Positions 24,796 through 39,233 of a stretch of 64,000 nt of DNA are shown in pieces. Position 1 is the first letter of the stretch. Each line of letters starts with the position of its first letter. The notes under the pieces are model-generated. The model was not told where the DNA came from, did not search any database, and worked only from the letters and a program-made list of their open reading frames with translations. A program made the translations under genes and the position numbers. Origin of the DNA: Chrysomallon squamiferum (Eukaryota; Animalia; Mollusca); assembly GCA_012295275.1 (NCBI GenBank), contig CM022671.1, forward strand, positions 1,364,001 to 1,428,000, read 5' to 3'.

Positions 24796-26171
24796 GACTA
24801 CAAAATTTGAGTCTGTTTTTGGTAGGTACATGTAGTTAATGTATAGGAACTTTTATATGTTGTGTATGTGATTAGCTATGGTTTAAAGGTATGATCAATG
24901 AAATAATCATTGAGATATAAACAATGCCTATCTGAAGTGAAATGAACTGAATGCGGATGTTGCAGTGGAGAAACCGAAGAGCTAAACTTTAAAAACATGG
25001 ACTTCATAAAACTCAGTATCTTTACATTTGTTAACACCGCTTAGCAGGTTGCAATTAAGTTCAAGTTCCTTGTATGGAATTAGCTTTCTGAACAGACTGG
25101 AGCAGTACCACCGACGAAGCTGGCGGTGTACATTACATATCCCAGTAAAGTGTTTTGTATATGAAATGGCATATTTGTAACACTGTTATTTGCTGAATGC
25201 CTCAATTTTTTAGAAGAAAATGTGTTTGTCAACTTTATTTACAGTCTAGGTGATATAGGGAAGAATGAATACAGTTTTAATTTTGTGTTTTGATATTAAT
25301 GAGAAAACGTGTATTATTCGAGTAAAATATTTTATTACTATTTTTTTTTCCTTAGGGTAACTGACCTCCTTCGTTCTTTGTTTGACATACAAGAAGCTTG
25401 ATAGCGAAGAAAAACGTTTTGTGTATTTTTTCTTTTGTTTTTCATATTTATGGGTTATTTATTTATTATTATTATTATTTTTGAAAGTAAACGTGCTTTT
25501 TTCTGATGATGTAGATCTATTTGCAGTCTAATGCAACTGACTACTGATCAATAAATCAGTTTGTTAATTAAATCCCTATATGTTTATTTTATATATTCTT
25601 GTTGGTAAGAAATAACAAAGGATTGTCATAAACGACAATACATTTTAAATGTTATGGTCTGCCGATGTTACAATATTACAAGTAACTGGCAAAATAAAAC
25701 ACTTACGTCATCTATAGAAACATTAGAATATGTTTACAGTATATCTGTTCTAGAAGGTAACACAGACAACATTAACACAGTAAGATTAGGCAAACATCGT
25801 AATGATCACAGAAAAAACGAAACAACAACAACAAAAAAACGAATTTTCTACACAAATGCAATAATTATGCCGTAATACAGAATCAAGATAAAAAGTTGCG
25901 CGAATAATGGTCAAAACGTTCTTGCTATAATCAAAGATTTAACTTTATATCAAAATTTATCTTTTTTTTTTTCTTCACTTCCGAATTCTAGAAAGTCTTC
26001 TTTAAATTATCAGAAACATATTTCTTTCTGTTCATTTCGAATTAAGAATCCGATAAAACAGCTAGAAAAACATTATTCAGAATTATCAAAACGGCGAACT
26101 AAAAATGTAAATAAAAAGTATGAATCGAAACGTTGTATTGTACTGTTTGCATGTATCTCTCTGTCTCTGTC

Positions 26172-26234
<63 letters not shown>

Positions 26235-26618
26235 CTATTTGTCAGTCTATCTGTCTATCTATCTATATATCTGGTTATCATCGATACACACAAACATAAT
26301 TACAGTATGAAGTGAAATCTACAGGACTAATGCGTTAATGTTAATGGGTAGAGCTAGGAAGAAAGAAACAAATATTGATCGCTAATTTTGACATGATGGT
26401 AGTCTCGGAAACCTGGACAAACTAGCGCGGGATAAAAGCAGACAGTTGAACAAGAGCTTATCTGCGCTCTGCCTTCCTATATCCTTCAAGTCGTCTGCTT
26501 ATTCGTGTCGCGTGATGTCAAGGTCGAATGTTCATTGACCGAAGTGTCTTTGAATTGCTCCCAATCTCGGTCTTTTCAGTAGGTTTTACTGAGGCTTACA
26601 CACAGTTTGCTAGCGAAT

Positions 26619-28867
26619 ATGACTGAAGGTAGAACAGTGCTGATAGCTGTTGATGGAAGCAGCCATTCCGAATACGCTTTTAACTGTGAGTTGTGTTTCT
26701 GTTTGGTTATTGATTTTTGTCGTGTGGGGTTTACTGTTTAACGCAACTGACTGTAATACACACAGCAGCCCTGAACTATTTCAAGTACGTGTCTTATAAT
26801 GTTTTTTCGTTTCTTAGCTTCTTGTTTTGTTTTTCATATGTCGTTATCGGCTGCCACTGATACGAGGCAGTTCTGCTTCCTGTAAGACTGTAGTTCAAAA
26901 TGTAACCTGAGATTCAGATCTGTCTGGTATTCGATAAAACGTAACATCAAACTGATTTAAAAATCTATACTAACATAGAAATAGCTATTCAGGATTTATT
27001 GTTTTTATTATTACTATTAATGCGTTTGTATATATGTATGTATGTATGTATCTATGTATGTATGTATGTATGTATATATGTATGTATGTGTATTTATATG
27101 TATGTATGTATGTATATATGTATGTATTATATATATATTCATGTATATATATGTGTCTGTATATATATATATATATGTATGTATGCATGCATGTATGTAT
27201 ATATGTATATACGTATGTATGTATGTACGTATGTATGTATGTATATGTGTAGCAGGCTCACGAACGGATGTATAATTTGATAACGCCTGATCTCGCTGTG
27301 TTTAAGTTAAGTTATATGCAATAGTGTAGCCTCCCAAGGTCACGAGAAAGTGTGCACACGACGATGTAAACAGATGTAAATACAGACACTTATTTCTGCA
27401 CCCTGCCATTATGAAAATGCTTCATTACATCATACTAGAGAGATCAACGTTTAGTAAAGTTTGTTGTGGGTCTATTGATATTAATACTTAGACTGTCAGT
27501 TATTCAGTCGTTTAAAACGTGTTTACAAATGTTAAAGGAGAGAAAGGTAGGGAAGGACAGGAGGGTAATGTATTCAATGTCCCACAGTGCACTATAAAAC
27601 TGTGTTAATTGTGGGACATTAATTTTTTTTTTTTTTTCCCAGTGAATGGTTCAGCGATTTTTGTGTTTGTGTGTATGCTTAAATGTTTTTGTTATGTATA
27701 TGTTTATAGATAGCGGTGAATGGGCAGGTGTGTCGGTGCGCACGTGTGCGTACGTTTTTATATTTATTTCTTTTATTACTTGTTTCTGTTTTATACACAG
27801 CATATTGTCCACTGATAAACGAATACGTTTCCTTCTATTCGTACACATGAATGGAGATATTTATGTATGTGTCTTGAGTGACTGTGTGTATGTATATGTA
27901 TGAGGATATTATGTGTGCCTAAATGTACGTACTTGTGTATGTAGGTACGGATTTATGTGAATGGTTTTTCTGTACGTATTTTTTTCTTGTCTGAACATGT
28001 GTGTATGTATGTGTTCGGGTGTGTTTATTTTTGTAGCTAAATATCTAATGAAAAGATTCAGAAGATAACCGCCATTTGTAGAATTTATATAACGTAGATA
28101 GTTACACAAAAGAGACAAAAATAAAGTGTGGGGCATAATATAGCCAGCACACAACAACAACAATTGTGTTTAGACTTCATAATTAACAGTTTTCCAGGCT
28201 TCATCTAAACTAACGAATTCTTTGTCATTTCGTGTCGACGTAATTACGTATTGATTGAAATCTCGACAATTGTTCACTGCACGTTTATTTAAAGATGGCG
28301 GACAGGTTTTCGTTTATAGCCTTTTATCGATCTGTGGTAACTAGTCGATAATCGTTGCGTTTAAGGACCTCTTTACTTTATATTTATTACTGCTTTTACA
28401 AGTGTACACAGTAACTGATAGCATAATGCTATGTATATCATTAAATCAGTGTTCTGTTTTTTCATATAATATTATTTTATATCGTTTTATGAGGACGCGT
28501 TTTTGTTATTATTTTTTTTAATTTATATACTTTTTTATTGTTGTTGTATTTGTTGTTGTTGCTGCTGCTGTTGCTGTTAATGCTGTTGTTGGTTATTTTG
28601 TTACTGTAGTTACTAAAATAAACAAGAAATAAACAATTGGCACGGTACGTTTATTTCTGTGAAATGTTTAATTATTTTTTAATTATTATTATTATTTTTG
28701 GGGGGGGGTTTCATTTAATCATAATAAAAAACAACAACATATAAATGCTTTCCTTTTCAGTTTTGTAAAATTTTAAATACTAAACATAAAATATAAAATG
28801 TATTTAGGCATTTTCGTATTATTACCTAAAGTTCACTTCAGATGTTTATTATCTCGTGTATATAGAC

Positions 28868-28898
<31 letters not shown>

Positions 28899-30245
28899 TG
28901 TGTCTGTGTGTTTGTGTGTGTGTGTCTGTGTGTGTGTGTGTGTTGTGTATGTGTGTGTGTGTGTCATAGTCCTATATTAGTCTAATATTTCACACGAGTT
29001 ATCACATGACATCAGTCTACTATACTATCTTGGTTTAAGAGGATATTAAAACTGTCACATCTACGACAAAGAATAAAATTCGATCTGTGTAAATGTATGC
29101 GGATTACTTCAGCTGACACACGGGTGGAATATAAACGGGTATTTTTATAATCAGACGAAACGCGCACTGGGTATTTTTATAAGAATAACCAGTCATTTCA
29201 GGATATACATTTGCATTCCTAAGAAAACAAAGAAGTAAAACGCTTTACCACCACCACCACCACTGCCAACAACAACAACGACAAAATTCTAGCTTGTTTA
29301 AGAATCAGGTCAGCTGATAAAAGTAACTTGATATGTAGAAGTGGTCGTATAGAAATAAATTATAAATGTAGGTGACAGGAAAACGGGTCAGCTGTTGAAA
29401 AAGAAAGAAAAGAAAACGAGGTTCAGGTTATGTACTCCGATAGACACAGTGTTCGTGGGTATTTGATCTGACCTCGTCAGTTGTCCAGTAGGCTACGTCT
29501 CGTGTCATTGGTTCTTTTTTAAATAATTATATCCAACTTGTTTGTTTCTATAAAATAAAAAAGAAAGAAAGAAAGAAATAAAGAAAGAAAAGAAATAAAA
29601 AATGAAATAAGCTACATAAACAGAACGAATAAATAAACGCACGAATGAAATGGAGAAAAGAACAATATCTGAAAACGAAAGAAAAAATAATAAATAATAG
29701 GAATAAGTAGAAAACAAAATAAAACCCCACATTCTCACACATCAAAAAAAAAAAAAAAAAACAAGAGAACACCTATAAAACAACAAAATCAATTAAAACA
29801 AAGGAATTAAACATAAAAAAAACCCAATCAGTTTATTAATTAATTATTTATATTTTGTACAAATGAGAAAAGTTCAAATCTTAGTGTGTATTTTAAAAAA
29901 CTGTCCTAGCTTGAGCTCTGCTGTAAGTGGTAATAAATGCAAAATAAACATGTTGACTTCCCAAACAGAGGTAATATTATCTGGACAGTAAATATTTTCA
30001 TATTAGCTTTCCTTGAACCACACCAAGTATGAAGGTAAAGGTCATACCGTGAGATGATCAAGTTCCTATATTTATATCGTATGACGTATTTTTATTTCTA
30101 TTTTGTGTGATTCTTCATTCATCATAAGTGATTATTCATTCATTCAGTCAACTAATAGTTTATTTATAGCGTAAGCGACTGACTATTAAATATTTACACA
30201 AAATGATAATCACCACTTCGTTCTTCTGACTCAACAGAATGACTG

Positions 30246-30277
<32 letters not shown>

Positions 30278-31322
30278 CCTATATACTGTGTATAGTTATA
30301 ATAAATGATAATGGAAGTTTACGAAATGTTTGTAAATAACTAAAAGTGATCTGTGTTGTTGTTTCAGGGTACGTGAAGACTTTGTATCACGAAGGTGACA
30401 AACTGTTTGCTGTCGTCTGCCCACAGTACAACTACCGCCTGTCAGCCACGTGCATTGATGGTACTTTCCACACGGCGAATAATTTAAATATCAATTAACT
30501 GTACGACGAATAACTTAGATATCAGTTAACTGTTTATTATTGACTTTCTCTCGAAAACTGTGATGAATTTCAACATTTTGTTACATTAAATTTATTTATT
30601 TATTTATTATTTTCAGAAATAGACAGAGATAAAGTGAAGAAAGTACTCGATGAAGAAGATGTCAGAGTTAAGGAAACAGTGAAGAAATTTGAGAATTTAA
30701 TCAAAGAAACAAAGGTAATGAAAGAGAGAGAGAGACAAATAGAAAGTATGAAGAAAAACAGAAAGAAACAATGAAAGAAAGAAAGGAAGATAAACAGAAG
30801 GAAATCAAGAAAGAAAGGAATTATTTACAAGGAGAAAAATGACACACACACAAACGCACACATACACATATACACATACATACATACATACATCATATTT
30901 GCAGACCTTCATACATACATTCATCCGTTCATACATACATGCATACATACATACATTCATACATACATTCATATATATATACGTACATATATACATACAT
31001 ATATTATTTTAGATATTATTGTTGTTGTTTAAACCTTCAACTATCAACGTCATAATTATAATCATCATCATCATCATCATTACTATTATTATAATTACTG
31101 TTATTATTACAGATTGACGGTGAAGTTAAGACGTCCGGTGGGTCGACTCCAGGTTACAGTATAGTGGAAATGGCTAAAAACCTGGACGTTTCCTTCATCG
31201 TCATAGGATCACGTGGTCGAGGGGTGAAACGGAACACGAGTACCGGAAACGTCTGCGACTACGTTGTCAAGCATGCGCACGTCCCAGTTATGATCAGCAA
31301 ACATGGCAACTTGTCGAAATAA
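26619..31322 (+). CDS. Universal stress protein (USP/UspA domain), 155 aa
   Basis: Exons 26619-26685 (MTEGRTVLIAVDGSSHSEYAFN), 30368-30460, 30617-30714 and 31113-31322 (…FIVIGSRGRGVKRNTSTGNVCDYVVKHAHVPVMISK…). 468 nt in frame, with the classic USP N- and C-terminal motifs. Confidence 0.93.
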
Positions 31323-32907
31323 CTTGTATTCATATTTTTATTGTTATTGCTATGAGGTCAAATAATAATGACCCATTAACGAACTTATTTTATTGAAGTA
31401 TGACAAAAGTCGTATCAGTTAAACAGAGCTTTATTTATGCAGAAGTTAAATAGTAGCAGGAAAAGAAAAAATGAAAGAAAAATTTGAGGCTGTGAATGGT
31501 CGTTTATGGAACAGTTACAAATTATCTTGATTAAAAATTAGTTTAGAGCTCAGATTTATAATGAAGGTCGGACGTAGGCTGTTTGGCATTCCGGACTTGT
31601 TACCATCAGCTGACTAGCTAACGAACTTTGTTCATCACAGAAACAATAAATAATCAGATAATCTGATTCCACACGGAGAATTTATACGTTGTTTTATTTT
31701 GTTTGTTGTTTAACATTTCTCCAGTGACTGCCGCGGTTGTCTGAACCTTCACAAGCCACGTCAGTAACAACGTACACACAGACTGAAAGAAATATTAGAA
31801 ATTACTTTAGATCTTTGTCAATAAAATAATAATTATAAAGAATTCATCTTTCGTTCTGTCGTTTGTGTTGACAAATTGTATTTCGCTGTTAACATTTAGG
31901 GGGATATTCTCACTGTTCGTTGAATTCAGATAGTTATTAATCTCGTTGAACCAGCCTGTGCTTATCACTTTGGAATACCTAATTATACATAAAATGAAAG
32001 TATCTGGAAAATATATTTTTTACCATAACAGTACTGTTATACATTTTCCTCATATTTATTTTGCTAAATACTGTGGTTTTAAGAGTAACGAATCAGATAA
32101 ATATAATCATTCGTTTTCATGAGAAAAATAGAATTTTCGTTTTCATTTTCATTTTTTTTTTCTCAGACACTCTTCAAAAGTAAGAAAAACTATTTTTTTT
32201 TTTTTTTATAAAACCTTCAAATCTCCTAATTAGAACTGGACCTAATTTCGTTAAAAGTGGATTATGTTGTTTTTCTGTAGCGTAATTATTATTGTAAGAA
32301 AAAAGAAATTTGTACTAGTTAAGCCTGCGATCGGACTTCAATAATAATAACAATAACAATAATAATAACAGTAATAATAATAATAATGATGGTGATAATG
32401 ACACAGTACACATACGAATGAAGATCTATCTTTTTATGCGTTCGATAGCAAATATATTTAATTACATATTAATTAATTCCCCTAAGTTCATCTGTTGAAT
32501 AAACTGTCCTGTAAAATGACTATCACGATATCGAACTAAGCACAGCAGTATAATAATACCGCAGGATCTACGCAGGACATAAGTACAGACATGGTTCAGC
32601 ATACAGCGGAAAGAAAAAGCGGACACAGTTGTCAAAAAAGTAAGAACGATAATCAGTTATGATGATGCCAAGAGTTATGTCCCTTCACTACACACGTACA
32701 ATTTGACATTGATGCAGGGAAGCCTTGTACAGGTACGTGTTAAAGAATGAGTTTATTAACGTGCAACACTTCGATTAGTGTTTGGAACCCTAAACGTTTC
32801 ATTAACAGACAAATAGTTCTGTCTTTGTTAGTCTGGAGTTTACACTTCATTTATAATAATTATAAGTTTTGTGATCCACAGCTGATAAATATTTCTTACA
32901 ATAGTTA

Positions 32908-32950
<43 letters not shown>

Positions 32951-33699
32951 TGCACAGCCATATTTATATATATATACACGTACAATATACCGACGTACTA
33001 CCTTCACACACACACACACAAACACATCTACACACACACACACACAAACACATCTACACACACACACACACAAACACATCTACACACACACACACACAAA
33101 CACATACACGCACACACACACACACAAATACACATACACAAACAGATGCAAATAAATGCATTGAAAAATCAGTCTAGCCTTATTATATATTAATCAGTCT
33201 AGCCAAATTTGTTAAGGTTTCTCAGAAATTCAGTCAATAAATTACGTCAGTTTACAAATATTAACATAGGTTATTTACTTTATCGTAGCCGTTTATTTTG
33301 GCCATATCAAATATCTCGCATGTATGCCTTAATGAATCAAGCCATGTTTTTAATTTACGGTTCAGAAAACACAGTCAGTCGAGTTAACAGTGGTGTCAAA
33401 TTGTCTTTTGACAAAATCTTAGTTTTACTGGGTTATTCATCCGTAAAGCTTCAAACACACTGGTTTTGTCTGCAGGATCAATCTAAACATAAACAGTGCT
33501 ATTAAATAATGTCATGCATATAATAACATATTCAGAGAAACATAAATGAACACACCCATTTATACATACATACATTCATACATGATACCTACATTTATAT
33601 ATACATACGTATATACATACACACACACACACACATAAATAAGAAGATAATTACACACATACTTACATATTTACACATATACAAACACATATACGTTCA

Positions 33700-33875
33700 G
33701 GGTTGTCTTGATAGCCGAACTGTAACTGGGGAATGGATGCCATAAGTTCGAGTCTCATCAGCGGCATCTGACGGGTTTGTGAGGTCCTGATTGGACTTTG
33801 CTCCAGTGCGTTCCCGAAAACTGTGTTTGTGCAGAGTCTATTCAGACGTACATAAGACAGATACTATTCAAATCC
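33700..33875 (+). mobile_element. Putative tRNA-derived SINE
   Basis: A-box-like TAGCCGAACTG (33712) and B-box-like GTTCGAGTC (33746) sit in a GC-richer island inside simple-repeat DNA. No full cloverleaf can be folded. Confidence 0.45.
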
Positions 33876-33986
33876 TAAAACACACATGCTCGTAGATACA
33901 CCCACAAATAGACATACACGTTCACATATACACATGTACTTTCATTCATAATATTGATTTGATTATTTATTTATGTTGTAGATATC

Positions 33987-34847
33987 ATGCCTGATGATCG
34001 GATAACTAAGATAGTTTCTAGGACTCTGCAGGAACTGACCAAATACGCCGCAAAATTCGCTGAACTGAATTCCAATCCCAGAATGAAATTTGCCGTCATG
34101 GAAGAATGTCAGGCAGTGGCGGAGGAGCAAATTAAACTCAGCAGTGAATTTACTCAGCAGTTTGATTACCAAGCACAAAACATCAACACGGCTCTGAGGA
34201 AACAGCTACCCGCTCGGCGCCTCACTGTTTTTAAAAAAGCTCTGAAACTGCCGGCTTTCGAGCCAGCAGCGGTCACTGATGAGACAAGCAAGAAGATTTC
34301 ACTTAAAACGTACTTGAGCGGTGAAGAGCTGTTTCCAGTTCGAGTGATGGAATCGCGGGATGACGTTCACTGGGCAACCACTTTGCTGTATTCTGGGATT
34401 CTTGTGGACTCCGCCGTGTTTCTCATACATGCTGCTGGAATCTCTTTGACTACCAGCAAGAAAACGATGAGAATTACACTGAAGAAAACGGCTGATAATA
34501 TTACAGCCAAATTTGCCAAATGTAAAGCTTTCCTTGATACGTTCATAGCAAACTGGAAACAGTCTGGAGATGACTTGCGTATGAAGGGTGGAGCAGTGTT
34601 CCAGTTGATAATGGACAGCAACTCCCAAGGAATTATGGGAGATATCATTAAAGAGCTGTTGGCTGATTTGACAGGAAAGGACTGGCTCGTCACTTCCGCT
34701 CGTATTTTTGCAATGATTGTGGCGGCCATGATAACAGATGGCGCTGTCCTTGTAGCGATGATGTCGTTCGTTGTGGCTGACGCTGAGCTCTTTGCTAAGA
34801 AGATCGAGAGTGTTTATGTTTTGTGTGAAGAAACTAAACATGTTTGA
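33987..34847 (+). CDS. Uncharacterised 286-aa alpha-helical protein encoded by one coding exon, with a C-terminal hydrophobic hairpin
   Basis: An 861-nt open, non-repetitive, GC-elevated frame. A splice acceptor (ttatgttgtag) lies 5 nt before the ATG and a possible upstream donor is near 32733. No signal peptide. Hydrophobic segments at 'TTLLYSGILVDSAVFLIHAAGI' and 'ARIFAMIVAAMITDGAVLVAMMSFVVA'. Confidence 0.8.
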   Translation: MPDDRITKIVSRTLQELTKYAAKFAELNSNPRMKFAVMEECQAVAEEQIKLSSEFTQQFDYQAQNINTALRKQLPARRLTVFKKALKLPAFEPAAVTDETSKKISLKTYLSGEELFPVRVMESRDDVHWATTLLYSGILVDSAVFLIHAAGISLTTSKKTMRITLKKTADNITAKFAKCKAFLDTFIANWKQSGDDLRMKGGAVFQLIMDSNSQGIMGDIIKELLADLTGKDWLVTSARIFAMIVAAMITDGAVLVAMMSFVVADAELFAKKIESVYVLCEETKHV

Positions 34848-34994
34848 ATCACTTTACTAACTTATATACTCTCACTTGTTTACCTACAGATTAAAATAAT
34901 GGAAAGGCGCCGATTTTCGACAAAAGATAATGACTAAATGATTCAAAAAGGCTAATAATTATTTTTTTTTTATATTTATTTGCATATCTGCATA

Positions 34995-35079
<85 letters not shown>

Positions 35080-36542
35080 TGTGTGTGTGAGAGAGACAGA
35101 GAGAGAGACAGAAAGAGAGAGAGAGTGTGTATATGTGTGTGTGTATGTGTGTGTGTGTGTATGTGTATATGTGTGTATGTGTGTATGTGTGTGTGTGTGT
35201 ATGTGTGTATGTGTATGTGTGTGTGTGCGTGTGCACAAATTCCAATTCTCGGCTACAGTCTCAGACTTCAGCATTATTTAGCCGAGTCACGGCTGTGACG
35301 TCATGGCGCTCTCATCACAGTTTATATCCGTGCTTTGTGCTTTGTGCACGATATTTGTAGATATTACTGTACCGTTTTGCAGTGACAGTACTCCCCCTCC
35401 AAACTTGTACAGTACCAGTCTATCAAATCTTAACTTTGCAAAAACTCGGCAAATTCCGTTACTCGACACTGCACTGTTTCCAGCGATGCCGAGTCTGGGA
35501 ATTTCAACCTGAGCACGTGTCTCACTAAACGTCTTAGAGTGAGAGGAATGAACATACTTTCTCTCTTGTGTTTTATGTCTCTGTGTTCTCTTCTGTAGTT
35601 TCTGCAGGTCTCATTAAATATGTCATGTATATGAGTGCTTGTGTGTGCTTTTGTGTCAACACAAACAAAGAAATAAATATAACAAACTATTTAAAAATAA
35701 TGAAAATGGTTGGTCACACAAATAGAGTATTTAATCATATCTTTTGAACTGTAGATATAATTGTATCTTCAGAAATAAATAAAAACGTCACATTAGAATA
35801 TTTTTCACATCCGATAACACGTTTATTTAATCGTTATGCACGGTGCGATGAATTCAGTGTTAGCATAAAATACGTTCGTACACCCACACACATACATACA
35901 CACGTACAGAGACATATATACACACACTGAACATACATACGTACACATTTTGAAATGTTTATACACAAATGTCTAAGTAGTGTTTGCTTTTCATTAAAGC
36001 AGTTTATTGAACTTGTGACACAGAAGAGTTATGTTACCAGCAGATTGACGTAATATGTTTTTTATATGAAAGTTTAATTTATATTTAAATTTTCAATCGA
36101 TAAGTAACCTTGTATATATTCCGAAATGTGAGATAATAGTCAGTTATTTAAAGCGTTGAATAACAGTTAAAAGATAATAAAAACGAATTAAAAAACTAAT
36201 CCTTTCTCCGAGTGTCACAAATAGACATTTTTATCTAATGCACTTTTTTTATTTTTGAATATTTCTTCATAATCCATTTCGCTCGATCAGAAACTATGCC
36301 CCAAAACTGTTATTTTTGCTTATTAACGGTTGAACCAATTCCCTAAGTAAACAATTAAAAGAGTTACATGATACAAATAATAATAATAAATAAATGAATA
36401 TATATATAAATAAATAAATAAATAAAACTAATTAACTTTATATAAAAAATGCGAATGTTAAAATATATATTAGATCACGCGCAGTTATAAATAATAATAA
36501 ATAAATAAATAATAATAAATAAACGAATAATAATAATAAATG

Positions 36543-36573
<31 letters not shown>

Positions 36574-36825
36574 ATATAAATAAATAAATAATAATAAATA
36601 AACAAATAATAATAATAAATGAATTAAAAAATATATATATATAGAAAAAATAAATAAATAAATTAATTAGTTTTGTATAAAAAATGTGAATGTTTAAATG
36701 TGTATTAGATCACGCGCAGTTTTTCACTGATTACGTAGAATCTTTGAACACGTGTGTAACTGAAAACTGAAATATACAGCTGAATGTGGAGAAGAAAAGT
36801 TATTTTAAAAACGAGAGCTACTTTT

Positions 36826-36877
36826 ATGATTGGTCTTTTGTTCATATTGGCTCTTGGTATGTCTACGTAATCATCTT

Positions 36878-36939
<62 letters not shown>

Positions 36940-37023
36940 TATTTGGTTTACTGATTTGAGTAAGTGGAAATTCAGTTCTAATAAAAGAATCTAATTCAGT
37001 AACTTTTATATTTTATTTTAAAC

Positions 37024-37063
<40 letters not shown>

Positions 37064-38049
37064 TCAGATTTACAGCTAACGTACAGGTTTCTGGTAAGTT
37101 GTATTTTCTTTTTTCTATTTCGACTCCAAACTCAAATACTTTTTGGTTTAAACATTTTGAATTAATGAACATCATTTTACAAGCAGTTACGTCAATAACA
37201 ATAAAGTCAGTTGGTAGAAAGGTGGAAAAAATTCCCCAAAAACCTACTTTTTATTTCAATTCAGATATCAGCTTTAATTTGACGTACACAAAATATATAT
37301 TTTTTTGTTTTTTTTGTTTTTTACTTAGGGTAGATTATGTTCAATACATTAATGGAGCGGAAGATGATCGGAATTATCCTCAATTCTTTATCTTTCTTTC
37401 TTTCCTAGACAATCTGGTTTTGACTTCCTTTTAGCAGTTTCATGATAAAATTTTCAGTCAATGTGATTTCAGTATGAACAAAGTTTTAATATGAGAATCG
37501 TATTTTCACTAACATAGACTTTTAATTCTCTCTACTTTGAAATTATATGTCATAAATGATTGTCAGTGACAATGTTTATACTTCAAACATCACTACATAC
37601 TGTGACTTTGGCACATAACTGATGGTGTATGTGAGACTGAGTGTAAAAGATCTGTTATTTACAAACGCAGTTGTCAAGGTGACCGTTTCGGAACCTGTAT
37701 AAAAGAAATAAAGGAAGTTTGCCACGGAGGCTTCTGCGGTTTGGTATGTAATTCTTATAATGCAAACAACAACAACAACAGCAGCAGCAATACAAACAAC
37801 AGAAGCAACAGCAACAGTAACAACAACAACGGTACTAATAACAATAACAACGAAATAATTAATAATAGTAACAACAAAATTAATAATTGTAATAGTAATG
37901 ATGATGACGATGTTAATAATAACAGTCATCTTCATTTGTACTCAATACATCACAGTGACAAGTTAAACAGCTATCGACAAAAGAAAACTCTGCAATGGAT
38001 ATTAACAATGGTTTTTTTTTTTTTTTTTTCAGAGTTTGTGAATTCCTGA
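36826..38049 (+). pseudogene. Decayed paralogue of the micro-exon/TSP1-like gene
   Basis: Signal exon 36826-36856 (MIGLLFILAL; its 5' flank is homologous to 16950-17030), 18-nt exon 37076-37093 (ANVQVS), 150-nt exon 37589-37738 (…DGVCETECKRSVIYKRSCQGDRFGTCIKEIKEVCHGGFC) with a lost AG acceptor and in-frame TGA at 37603, and a possible last exon 38033-38049 (EFVNS*). Confidence 0.75.
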
Positions 38050-39233
38050 CAGACGTGTCATCCCAGGAATTAAAATGGTCTGCAGTGAACGTTCTGAAGA
38101 TTAAAATACAAAACCGCTGATTAAATCTTATTTCTGCGCCGAGTCTTATTCATTTGTCTGCGTGTTTTGTTGAATTTTTAAATACCTGCTTGTTTGATTG
38201 TTGAGACATACACATTTGTTCATTTGTACACACACACCCTCACTTTCCTTTTAGCTATCTTTCGTATCATATATATATATATATATACACAAACATAAAC
38301 AAACGTGCATACACACAAACATACATATACATGTATATATAAAAAAGTGATATATCTCCTTTCATTTAACTTTTTGGCGACATAATCTAATATTTTGTTT
38401 TAAACTTTAACGTAATTTAATATGCAATTTCACTGACAAAATATAATTGTCATATTTTACATCTACTGTCATCAAATACCTGTAGTATTGTAAACATTCA
38501 GATAATATTTAATTTAACCCGATGTCATTCAAATCACAATTTCATGATGCGAGCAGCCAAGTTCTGTATTTGATGATCATCAAGTGATTTCAAGGAATGT
38601 GTAAAATGATGTAAAATTTTCTTTAATAGATGACGTCATGTTATCGTTAGTGATTCATCCTTGTGAGAGACATTTGTTATGAACGGTTTTCAAGTGTGTA
38701 TGTACTCCATTACGTGGTGGGATTTTTCATCGCTTTCACATAAGAAAAACCGACGTTCTGAAAACAACACGCACGCGTATGTGTCCGTGAGCATAATAAT
38801 ATTGCTTCAAATAAACAAATAGATAGACAGACAGACAAAAAAAAAAAAAAAAAAAAAATACACAGATACAGATTGTCCCCTGCGCTCATATATTCATATA
38901 TTCATATTAGATTAGTTTATCCAGGTTTAATATTTTAATTAGTGATTAATATTTTCTTTGTCTTTGTACCGTATAGAGTTTTACGAAACACTTGTATGTG
39001 TTGATTGACGCAGACGTTCACAGAAGGATTTACCTGAGTGAGTCTGACAGAGTCCGCAAACAGACGTGAACAAATAATGTAGTAATTATAGGACGGTTCC
39101 CGCTAAAGTTATATTTAATAAAAAACTAATTTGAGAACGTGCCTTGAAATATTATTTGATTTAACATGTATTGTTTTATTAGTAATCATTTTAATATTTT
39201 TTTTTTTTACACCATAAGTATTTTTGTAGCTCA

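Noticed and set aside
27576-27620. 11-bp inverted repeat AATGTCCCACA…TGTGGGACATT in USP intron 1
   Set aside because: Too short to support a MITE or structured-RNA call without other copies.
33700-33775. Functional tRNA gene
   Set aside because: A/B-box-like motifs are present but there is no foldable cloverleaf or anticodon arm; treated as a possible SINE.
34299-34841. Antisense ORFs of 180 and 120 aa
   Set aside because: Shadows of the 286-aa sense ORF with no recognisable features.
37603-37605. In-frame TGA as selenocysteine
   Set aside because: It aligns to Trp rather than Cys, the exon has also lost its acceptor, and no SECIS was recognised.
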